Made by a program: the position numbers and the translations under genes
Part shown: positions 37,101 through 48,700 of the stretch, one piece after another
Layout of the letters: every line of letters starts with the position of its first letter
Position numbering within the stretch: position 1 is the stretch's first letter
Assembly: GCA_964199315.1 (NCBI GenBank)
Contig: OZ116703.1
Location: 26,908,001-26,972,000, forward strand
Origin: Orbicella franksi
Lineage: Eukaryota
Direction of reading: 5' to 3'
DNA length: 64,000 nucleotides
Notes under the pieces: generated by a model
What the model was told of the DNA's origin: nothing
What the model saw: only the letters and a program-made list of their open reading frames with translations
Databases searched by the model: none

Positions 37101-40100
37101 TCACAACTGTCTTTGCGTCCTTCACAAGGCCAACAGAATGTCTTTTTTCCAAGTGATTATCCTCTTCACTATCTTCACTGCTGTCATTTTCAGAGAGTTT
37201 GGAGCATGTTTGGCTCAAAATGATACGGCTCAAGAACATCCATAACCCAGAGTAGTAGTTAAAGGGCTTATCGGAAGCCATTTGGACAAAATCTCTCAGA
37301 TGGAATGATATTATGAAAACATGGCCTGGCTCTGAGTACCGTTCAAAATGGTGGCAACTATGTCAAATTTTGGGCTTCTTTGAAGACAAATTTCATAAGG
37401 AAAACCTGCATTGTAGAGCTTGAAACTTCGTTGAGTGGCTAAACTTGGTGCAAGGTTTTTATTAGCGTTGAGAAAAAAATAGACATTTTTTTGAGTGACC
37501 TTCTGCTTTAAACAAGAATATTTTCTCTATTCAAATCAGAGAAATGAGACTAATGAGGTGGAATATGATGTAAGAATGTCTGATGATGTATCTTACCCCA
37601 GAAGTGATCCATTTCCTAACTGTTGACCTGATTCCAACATGCTTTGTGCTAAAGCCGTCTGGTGGAGTTTTCTCTAAAAACAGAGATAATAAAAATAATA
37701 TTTTAGTGAAAAGTACTTATTACTAGTGAAGAAAGCTGTATTCAGTGATCAATTTCTAATAATATTGTTGACGCTGTTGTTTTCATGTTAAAGTAAGAGG
37801 AGGAGGAGGTGGGCGGGGGGAGGGGTGGGTGGGTCTTTTTTCTGGACACTGGGATTACCATAACTAATGCCAATGCTCTGGTAAATGTTTTGAGTAGCAT
37901 CACCTAATGTGGGGGGAAAGTCTGCGGTCACAAGTTTAACAACCTGCACAGTATATAATTATAGGTTTTTCTGCATCTAATGCTATGCCGTGAGCAAGAG
38001 AGAAATCTCTCTCATTTGTAGAGTAGAAACCAACTGCTCACAGGGAATAGACATGAGATTGTATTAAATAAAAAGAATCAACTGATAAGGAAAGTGACCA
38101 GACACATGAAATTATCCGGCATGATTTGAACAAGTTAAAACAGTCCTTCACTCGACTCTGTGCAAGCTTGTCAATATTTAATTTTATTTCACCAACAACA
38201 GTGCTTATCACTGCCCATAATTTCTCTTGTGTCATTTCCCTTTTAAAGAGGCAAAGAACAAAATTAATGATAGCATGACAAAAATTAGTGTGACTGCAGG
38301 TTATCCATGTCTCACTGATGATATTACATGACTGTCCATTAAATGTTTAAATATCAATCTCAAACTAACACGTCCACCCAGTGCATACAGAAAGTCATGT
38401 TCAATGGCCCTGGGCCAGCGGATTTGTCAGTCCTTAGCTTGCCGATGGGCAAGAAATGTTAAGTAAGAAATAAGTGAGAAATATTCTGGGGGTTAGTGAG
38501 GAGGTCTATCACGCTAATACATATAGTGCAGCTTGCCCAAAGAGCAAGTGTGAAAACTGGTTTTCTTTGTACACTTTTCACCACTTGAAAATTATTTTAT
38601 TTACTGTAATCTAACAACATGAACGGTACAACAAGAGCAGTTACATTACTGAGTTATGCTGTAACATGAGAATTTGAATAACCAGCATGGAAACATGCAA
38701 ACACATAACATAAAATGACTGTATCCTAGATACTTGCTATGCTGTGGACAACAGACGAAGAGTACGGGATTGATAATGTGATTGTAAAATATGCCTATCA
38801 GTCAGTACATGTATGTGTTTATCATTAATATTAAATGTTAAAAAACCATCGAAAGCTGATCCGTTAGAAACATAACTATTCAATGGTTCACGCAAATGGT
38901 TCCTTGAGTTACACTGTTTTTAAGGTTGCACATTTTGGTTTATTCATAATTGGATATGCAAAGAATTGCCATCAGTTAAAGAAAAAGGTGAATGTAAAAA
39001 TGGAATGGAAAAATGTAACGTAGAGAACAGGACTAGACCCTGACACTGTTATATTCAGACTTGTCTAGTAGGAAGGAATGTGATATAATGGATATCATAA
39101 TGGTAGATGATTACCATTAGTTCAGATCTCATCTGAGGCCACAGCATAGCAATATCATCTGACCCATGTAATGACTTGAGGAATACTACAGCCTACAACA
39201 GATAGCAATACTCCGAGTGAACTATGTGCCACTAAGTAATTACACGCTGTACAATACGTGATTACATTACCACTCTATGAATATAATGCCTTAAACTTCC
39301 GAAAGCAATGACCCTTGTTACTTTCGGAATTGGTATCCTTTGGGGCTTGTTACTTTTGGGGGGTTGTTACTTTTAGGGAGCAAAAAACGCTATTTTAAGT
39401 TAGGACAAATGAGCTCTTTTTATGGAATAAAGAACAGAAATTCTAAGAACAATTCTTTAAATATCAAATTAAATTCTTGTTCCAGTTTAAATCTATGTTG
39501 CTGCTACAAGGGTGGGCTCTTCAGTGGTCTGCAGGAAAGCTTGTCAGATACTGCAAACTGTCTCTACTTCATGAGGCACTGCTTTGTTAGTCTGCTGTAA
39601 TAATATGTCAGTGCAATTGTCGAGTTTTCAATTTTAATTTAAATAATGTTTCTGTTAGTACATGTATATTCCTGTTCCTTGATGAAAAATTCTGCAGTTT
39701 TTGTTTTAACTTGGTGGAACATTAACTGACAAAGCACAAGTTGACATTTCACAACAGTAATACCTTCCCCTGTTGTGGAGTGATTTAAATCAAGTTACCA
39801 TATGTACCTTTCACAAGACTATTGATTGGAAAAATATATTATATCATGAAAACTTAGTCTCACAATTTTTGGTGGAGGGAGGGGTGGGCTTGCTTCTTTC
39901 AGAGGGGTTGCTACTTTCTGGGGCTTGCTACATGTACTTTCGGGATTTATTAGCAGGCACAACTTTTTGATATCACTTTCAGGGGGTCGTTACTTTTGGA
40001 AGTTTACGGTACATGTATTTCTGTCAACCCTCCAGCACTATGGTAGGATGGATCCCAATGTTTGCATTTGCATATTGACTGGATTTTGTCCTTTCAAATA

Positions 40101-41861
40101 TAAACATTGATTCAAATGAATGGTTAATATTGTCACACTGTTGTCCTCACCAGTCTCTTGTCTAAATCCATTCCAGTACCCTGCATGGAAGCAGCTAATC
40201 TCTTGTTTGTTGTTTGGCATGCATGCTTGATCTTATCCACTGTTTTCTCAACCTGCAAACAGTCATATCAAATAAAATATTTAAGGCTAATTCTGAGACA
40301 TTAAACATTGATAAGATAGTACAGAAATCTCAAGAGCAGGTAGTATTGAGGTATGCAACATAAATACAGTACCAAAATCAGACTAGCGGATCATCTCACT
40401 ATAAAAAAAATTTCTAGGGTCGTAAACTCTGATGTTACTAGCATCCATGCCACTGTGTTAAGAATAGTCTTGAGCCCTGCTAAGAGGGAGATTAAACAGT
40501 GACCTGAACAGAGATTGCACTTTCTCTATAAGATAAAGAACACTCCCCATGCAACAGTTTATTCTGCCTTAACATTTGCTATAAACAGCTCACGGAAGGT
40601 CAAAATTTTAAAGGAATTATGCATGAAGCTAAACTGAAATTTTCAGTCACAACAGGTGGGAAATTTGAGCCTAAAGGCCTTCAGTGGGCAGGGTGGGTTA
40701 GGTTGATTTCTGGAACAACAGAATCAAATTTCCATACAGTTTCCCCATTTAGTAATCAACCTTGTACTGTTGGAGATCAAAAAAGTTATTATAGAGGTGA
40801 AGCCTGCATTTCCATGATCTTTTTTCTAAGCTGGGATCTCATTTAATACCAGCCTTGGAGAACCTATTTCCTGCTACTGTATAATTTGCTATAAAACACT
40901 CCAATACCTTCTACCCCAAAAACTCGAGCTTAAAAACGGAAATAAGAAAGTTTCTTTAATTCATTATTCTATTGATCTCTTCGAGCCCACCTTAAATGAT
41001 ACTTTGACAGCTAAAAATAGTGATGTTTCATCATCAGCAACCTAGCTAGGTGAGAACAGAATCCTTGATTTATATCCCTAAGTTGGATGACAAGCTTCCC
41101 TGAGTTCCACCCCCAGGGTGTCATTCCAGAAAATATCCATGCCTCTCTAAAACAAGTTGTTTTGGTTTGAACCCCAACCCCTTTAGAAATTCCAATTTTG
41201 GTTCATACATTTCCTTATATAGGGGACCTTTCCTTTTGAGACCACCCTTCGAATCCCCCTCCCCTCCTCTTTGGAATTTCTAATAAACCTTCTTTGGGGT
41301 GGGATATTTTCTAAAACCACACAATATTATTACTTATTCCTTAGGGGTAGTGGGATCAATAACCATGATGGGAAAATTATTCCAAAAAATGAATATTTGT
41401 GGCTTGAAATGCAGGATGGTTTACATTTCAAGTTTAAATGTACCTCAAAATTTGACTGAATGTCTCCAAGCTGTTTTCAAAACTATTGCACGAAACCAAA
41501 ATATTCCTCTCAATGCAATTTCGATTTTAAAGCACATTTTCTATGAAGCAGATCTTAAAAACAAAGGCAAACACCACATTACTCACATGTTGAAGATCTT
41601 CTGTTAAAATCTCGGTCTTCTCCGCTCTAGTAAATGAAAAAAATAATACACAATACTTATAATATGCTGACCGCCACGTACAATGTTAGAATGGATTCAG
41701 CTGCCCAGGGCAAAACGTTACAGCCGCATCAATAATATACAAATTGAGATCAAAAGCTTGACTTCCGTTCAGCATGTTCTGTGTTTATGAAGTGCTATTG
41801 CTTATTACCTTCCAACTCTCTGATCGGCCAGCTGCTTCACGCGATAAAACTGTTTCTTCAT
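29821..41861 (-). CDS. ARHGAP17/44: BAR + RhoGAP protein of the RICH family (ARHGAP17/ARHGAP44/SH3BP1-like), 18 exons, 593 aa
   Basis: Exons 41861-41809, 41626-41587, 40252-40151, 37673-37597, 36472-36361, 36076-36000, 35524-35404, 34722-34654, 34556-34475, 33904-33777, 33386-33339, 33221-33158, 32867-32786, 32516-32436, 31770-31654, 31541-31459, 30571-30388, 30082-29821. MKKQFYRVKQLADQRVGRAEKTE (BAR start); GLFRLAG (Arg finger), ALKQYLRELPEPL, VNKMSASNIAIVIAPNI; Pro-rich tail. Confidence 0.95.
30243..30337. repeat. Compound (TCTG)n microsatellite with repeated GACAGTCAAAT unit
   Basis: Direct reading of sequence. Confidence 0.75.
31135..31170. repeat. (GTT)12 microsatellite
   Basis: Direct reading of sequence. 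Confidence 0.95.
31884..32120. mobile_element. MITE in ARHGAP intron
   Basis: TIRs CCGTAGGAAAAAGGATGGCG / CGCCATCTTTTTTCCTACGG. Confidence 0.75.
35068..35240 (+). mobile_element. tRNA-derived SINE, degraded
   Basis: A-box-like GTGGCCTAATGGTTAGGGCATTGGA head, then body ending GTAAAATGGCCAACTG..CCAGCTGACTGGGATT. Confidence 0.6.
36860..37507. mobile_element. Non-autonomous Kolobok-like DNA transposon
   Basis: TTAA on both flanks; termini AGGAGAAGGTCACT / AGTGACCTTCTGCT; internal acidic coding remnant SENDSSEDSEED. Confidence 0.65.
39287..40011. mobile_element. Non-autonomous DNA transposon with subterminal GGGGTTGTTACTTT-like repeats
   Basis: Left TAAACTTCCGAAAGCAATGACCC; right GGGGTCGTTACTTTTGGAAGTTTACGGTA. 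Confidence 0.5.
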
Positions 41862-42708
41862 TATCAAATTAGTGATTATCGCTTGGTCCCAACCTATCAA
41901 AAACCTTCAAAGAAGAGTATCAAGTACTCTTTCTCTCAGACGTTTCACGAAATTTCCGCCATATTGGTATTTACAAAGTGGGCGTGCGTACGTTTGGGTC
42001 AGCGGCATGCCTGTTTCATAGGTTTTACCAGCAGGAGTCTGGAGGGCCAGTTTAACATCAAAAAAATCATAACCGATTCTAGATCTCGAGAAAATTCTTA
42101 TCACAAAAAGTAACGTTGCCTTATACTTCCACACTTTATCTTTTTCACCCTTGTTGCTCTCCAAAACATTCTCGTTTCCTGTCGCTCGAACAACTGCCCC
42201 GGAAATACGTCACATTTTTGTAATCCGAGCCCAGAAGACCCCGGCTGGGAAAGTTTTGTACAGCTTCCGGTTGGTGTTGCGGGGTTGTTGTCCAGTATCC
42301 GTCGAGTGTTTAGAACTTCTGCTTCGAAGGCAAGGTTGTCTCTGGGTGTAAACAACATCGCCTTTATACGCTCGTTTGAGGAGGGATAATGGAAACTACC
42401 GAACCTTAAAGCCTTCGACTGTCAATTATTTAAACAGAAGGTTCGCATACCCCCCCAAAGAGTAATAAGATTTCCTCCGGAGACGATGACCGCGGCCAAA
42501 AGACTCATTTGTTGACTCTTTTGTGACAGATTTCACTGGAGTCTTCATCGTACGTTACAACAGACATTTCCCTATAGCCATGCGTTATGTTACATGCAAG
42601 GATTGTAGCAGTTATGGATGAAGACTTGTTCACGTGGAAAGTTTTCACTTGAGCGCAAGGAAACTGCGGTTTTCACTAAAGCTTGGAAAATTATTCTGTA
42701 GAATCGTT

Positions 42709-45700
42709 ATGGCGACATTGCTTCTCTATATGGCTGGTTTTCAGCTGTTATTTCTCTGGAAGCCCTTAATCGGTGAAGGTAAGCAGTTGTTTTTATGTAT
42801 CTAAACAGTCGATAGTTTGTGAGGCTTACCGGCTGTTTGCAAAGAAAAACAACTTTTATTGAAGTAAGAGAGGCCGACGAGTCGAGGGGCGCTCGTTGTT
42901 GATAAATTTGGCCCACGTATTTGACACTTTTCATACAACAGGTGGGAATATTTTAATGTAGGGCACTTGGTAATATAGATAGTGGGATGAATTTTGACTC
43001 AGCATCGCTATTCTACGATTTCTATTGAGATATTCGACAAAATTTAAGATACGATTTTTGCACAATGGCCTATCGACCTGCTTAATTCGGTTTTGAATTT
43101 TCGTTCATTTGTGGACACGGTCGATTTTTCTAATCCTATCGATCGGATTAGTCTTAAAGATTTTCTTTCCTTTTCCGCGTTTCGAAGATGCCAATATTTC
43201 TAGATTAGGAAACACACAAACATTATGTTTTTACATTCTGTAAGCACAAAGTTTCATTCAGAGGCGAAAATACATCTTGTACATTTATTTCAGAGGAACG
43301 TTGTTTACACATGTGTGAATGTTGCCATATTGATGTTTTACGTAATGAGTGAAGAGGTGATGGTCTGCCAGTATTAACAAATTATCGTCGAAAGCTGCTT
43401 AAATTGTGAGGAGCAACTATCTCATTTGATTGAAACACTCGGAGTTTTCATTTATTTTGGATAGTCTTGTGTCTATGACTGGCAACCTTCCAACTTAGCA
43501 CTGTTTTGTAGCCCACTTTTCCGGTTCCTTTGTCACGTCCGAAACGACCTTAGCCTGTTAAAAACGAAAGATGTTTGTTGATAAGAATAAGATGCTTATC
43601 TTAAATTTCAATGTCATGTTGCCAAAATTTTATTTTGTTTAGGCTGTTTTTTTTTAAAATTATGCATCTTATATACGCTTAGTTCAGCAAATTGCGTGTG
43701 TTAATTAAAAAGAACATCATGGACGTTGTTACACTCTAACGTATTTTTGAAATTGATTACGGAAGCTTTTGTGAACCACAAGTTCTCAAGTTAGAGTAAT
43801 TTGAAATAAGGACCTCTTCATTGTGGTAATTGGGCACTATGAAGAATTGCTTCATTTATTTGATATTTCTAGTATGGAACAATTGACATGTTATAAATGC
43901 ATTTGATTATTTATTATAAATCAGAAAATTATATGTTTATCAAATTTAAAAGTATTTATTCCTGTGTTAATTAACTGTTACCTGATGAATGCCATTAGTA
44001 GTAAAATTACGCATTAAATTGACTATTTTCTCAGAGGTCCAGTTTTTCAGGGGGGAGAGCCTTTCAACAACAAGTGATCAGGTTGTTGCTGCTTTGAAGA
44101 AATCTTTCCATATCTTACTTGGGTTGCTGGACTTGATAGATGACAAACAGTTTACCCTATATATTTTTGTGTACTCACACTTTTTGATTCAAATTATTTA
44201 CTGTGTTGGATAAAAGTAGTTGCCATGGTAACTTTATCATGTGAAAAAACCAACCACCACCCTGAATTTTCTCTTATTGAACAAAATGCTTCAAGGCACT
44301 CAGACACTGAAGATAATATCGTTTAATAAAGTTTTTAAGATGATTTCCACAGAACATTCAAGCAATAATGGCAAAAATAAAGTTACTAAAAACAACCTCA
44401 TAGCATGGTAATATTTTGAATAAAGGTAAGAAGGTTTTATAGAGACTTGAGCTCTCAAGCTCACAGGCCCTGCAAGCGAAAATTGAACTTGAAGTTTTCT
44501 ATATTTCAATTAAAACGGACATTTTGTGTTAGTTGAAAACACAATTATAACACACATAGCATTCTTACTGGGTGTTACATTAAATTTTTTGAGAAAGCTT
44601 GGGGATTTAATTGTGGGGTCATCTAGAGAAACGAATTACAGTCAGATGTTTTAAATAGTATTCAAAAAGTTATTCTGCTGAGAGTAGATTTTTAGTACTT
44701 AGTAGATTTTTTGCACTTATTGTTCGAACTTTGGGCGGAATCCACCTTAAACATCTATCTTCTGTCATGTTCTAAATCACTTTAACTACCAGTACTAATT
44801 ATTAACAATTATTGGACAAGGTGGAGTGAAATATATATCCTCATTTGTCAGTGGCAAGCAGATCAATTATTTTCCAAAGCCAAAGGCTGAGATAAAGAAT
44901 AGATCTGTACGGCAATGGCAAATCCGGATGTTTTGTGGTAACCAAGTTCAATAATAAATTTTATCATTTGATCACCAAGTTTGTTTTCATATTTAAACCA
45001 CTCTCTTGTCACAGCTCAGGGAAGTAATCTGCCGTTTTTCACACAAGAGCATGGTAGTGATTACACATGAGCAGAAAATTAATTGCAGCAAAGCACATTT
45101 AGGTGCTGTTATGCATGAGCAGGACATTATTGGTAGGCTGCCAGTTATTTGTAGGTCACGTGGTGGGCTCTCAGTCAATGAAAAGGAAGAAAAAATTCAT
45201 TGAATGATAATCAATTTTATTATAACTAAATTTCTTGTGATTTATTTTTTTCACAGGCAGTAATTCATCAGCATTGTCCAGCAATGCATCAAGTCTAACA
45301 TCAAACAATGGAGTTGGTAATCAGTTGGCACTAACAAATGCAACTAACACCTCTAGTAATCCAGCTGCATTAAATTCTACCCATGCACCAACAACTCACG
45401 GGTTAACGACAAGGACGACAGGAAGAATTCTGGTGAATGCAGGAAAAGGATCGTCAGCCCCTATTACTCCAACAAAGGATGAAAATAGTGTCTCGGAGAA
45501 ACCAGAAAGTACCAAGTCAGTTGTTAGGGTAGTTTCATCTCCTGCGAACCGAATTGATGATGGAGGTAATGAGTATAGTTCCTGAAAAAATATCCAGACC
45601 AATATCACAGATGGTCACTGAAACTTCCAGGGTCTTGAAGGCCAAAAAATATTAAGGGAACACATGAAACAAACCCTCTGTGGTGGGTGTTGATGGATAT

Positions 45701-48700
45701 TTCCTGGTAACACCATGAAATATTAAGCCACAAATATATAAAGGGTTGAGATGACTAACCTGGCTTTGAAAGAGGGATTTATAATGAGGCGAAGTGTAAC
45801 ATCGTTTTGCAAGCCAAGTCACTTGAAACATTACATCAATCATTTGCTTGCACCAGTTCCATGTTCACTCTATGAGTATTCCCCTGACTACTCAAGAGAG
45901 AAATACACTACCTAGGAGAATTATGCAACCCTTTGCAAAACCCTTCGCATTATTGACAGAACAGACCTTATCAGTAAATACATTATTTTTCAAAATGGTA
46001 ATGGGAACTAGGTGGAGATCGTGATGTAATTAGTAAGACTGACTAGAGACCATGAATGTTTTTAAGGGAGAGATTTTATCGTGGTTTGGAAGCCAGTTTG
46101 AAAACTTAAAAGGATTTGTTAGACTCTCTCTTAGCATACAAAAAAGTTATCTGAACTTAGGTCTGTACATGGGGGATTTCAGAAACAAAAACTGACTCCT
46201 AGTTTAGGATTTGTATGCTCCGTGGCAAAGTTAATGCAATATTCCAACAACTTTTTTTTCAGCAAACTTTTTTAACTTTTAAGAATTGACATGGCTCTTG
46301 ACTTATGCAATGTTGCTTAAATTTCAGAAAAGTTAGTCAGATAGCCAGCTTACATACTTCATTTGTGTAAATCTTTCCGTGTACTCACATGCAATTAACA
46401 TTAAGCACACAGGATATTGTTGACCACCACCCAGAACCACCCAAACTAATCAATTGCTGCTTCCTGTTTTTTTTTTTAATGTTATTTTTTTCTCTTTGCA
46501 TATTGCATTTCAGTAGGGTTGTACTGTACTGTGTTCACTAGGATCATATTAATTTTATAGTGTGCAGGACATAAGGCTTTTTCTGCATTTTCTTTCTTCA
46601 GCTGATATTCCTTTCTGGGTTTATATCCTCATTGGTGTTGGACTCATCTTTATTATTGCTATAATAGCGTGTGTTGTTTATGCAAAGCTGGACAGATGGT
46701 AAGTTTGCGTAGCTGTGTTTGCCTTAATTTTTATTCATCAATATTCATAGAAATAAAGTTTGTAAATTCACTGTCACTTAAGGCAACTCAGAATGAGAGT
46801 TTTGTTTGAGTTATGTTCTTAATCTTGTCTGTATCTCTTTATATGATGATTTTACAAATAATCCTAGAAATGGTCTCATATTTTTTTAGAGAGTCCTTTT
46901 TGGTTTGATAGAGTACAGTCATATTTTTTCTTTAAATTTGATAACTCTTTTACTATTATTGTATATTTTTAACACTGACAATGCTCCATATTATGTGTTA
47001 TTATTGATCCCCTTTAGATTTGTTTCCATCCTTTAGCACATCACAGTTCTTAACATTTTTTCTTACCCTCATTTCTCATCCCTTTGTCACTTTTATTTCT
47101 GTAGGAAAAACCATGGCTCATATATGGTTTGGGATGACAATGAGCTGGAGCTAAGCCCTGCTTTCACAAGGTGAATATTGTTAAAAATATTTTTACACAC
47201 ATTATCAGTTATCAGAGGAAGTTATGTAAACATGAAAACCACTATACATCATCAAAATGTTGACACTACTATTTACAGGGATGTACTATCAAATTGTGAA
47301 TGGGTAATTGTAAAAAATGCAATAATATTATTTATATTTTAGTTGACAGATGGGTGATTTGACTCTGGGTGTGGAGGGGTTAAGGGAAGGGATTAAGGGA
47401 AGGGATTCAGCACTGCCTATTATTTTGGGGGTGTGGTGTAGGAGAGGTACTAAATATGAGAATTGGGAGGAAATTTGATATTTTAATCCTGATCTTCTGT
47501 CGTCTACACTAACCCCTGTTAATGATAAAATGCTGCTGAACAAATAAAAGGTGGCCACTCTAAACGGCAAGAGGAAGTAACTTTGTAACAGTGCTAACTG
47601 CCAAAGGCCTGTGATTAGTTAGAGCCATTCTCAAATTTCATACCAGAAGTGATTGTTTTGTAAAACCTATTGTGTAAACTAAAAGTCTTTGATGTAAGTT
47701 TTTAGATAATTTGAAATGTAAACGAGAGAGTGAAACCCCATTGCCATTACACGTAAGAAATGAATTTGTAGAATACTGCACAAGTTACTGTAATTTAATT
47801 TTACTTACCATTTGCTGCTTTTTCTTTATTACAGGGAATCTGAATTTCTTCTTGATAATTTGGCAAGTAAGTTAAGAATTAGTGCATTGCAGACGTTTCC
47901 ATTAGTTATCAAGAGTTTATAATAATATACGGTAACAGAGTATTTCTTATTCCATTTCAAAAGGCATTTAAATGTGGGATTGGCAAAATGACAGGTGGTT
48001 AAATCCAAAACAAGGACTCAGTAGAACACACATGAAAATGATTGTAGGAGATGTTAACTTCATTTGGGAGTGGGGGGGGGGGGGCGGGGCGGGGGGGGGG
48101 TGGGGGCGCAAAGGGGAAGGGGAGCAGGAGTGGGAAAGAGTTACGTGTTTACTAAGTCCTAATCAATTATTAACAGATTGAAGTTTTATCCCACTATTGT
48201 CATGTGCAGCTACTTTCTTTGAAACTTACAGTTTCTTTGTTTCTTCGTGAAGCTAACCAGGAGCCAGGAACTCCGGAACTCCAAATATATGAGATTCCAT
48301 TGGACTCACTTGGGCATCAACGGGTGTACATCGGAACAAAGCGTATTGCACCCAAAACTGATGAATGTAAGGAGGCTGTAAGGTTTACTAGAAACAAGAA
48401 GTCAAGAAAGAGGGATGGACTTCAAGGCAACACACTTCCCAGAACTGGCAGAAGAGATCATATTTATAGCTCAGTCAATGATGAAGTGACCAGCACCTTG
48501 AGTGAAGGTACAAGAAACATATTTTGTTTTTATTCAGTTAACTGACTAAAATTAATTAATAATTGTTTTAATATATCAGATAAGAATGAATCAAAAACCC
48601 TTTCAAAGAAACAAAGAATGTGAGAAAGCTGTTTTCAAACTGCTTGTTTGATAATAATTATTCTTTGTGGCCATAAAGCTACTGCTGAATATAATTTATG

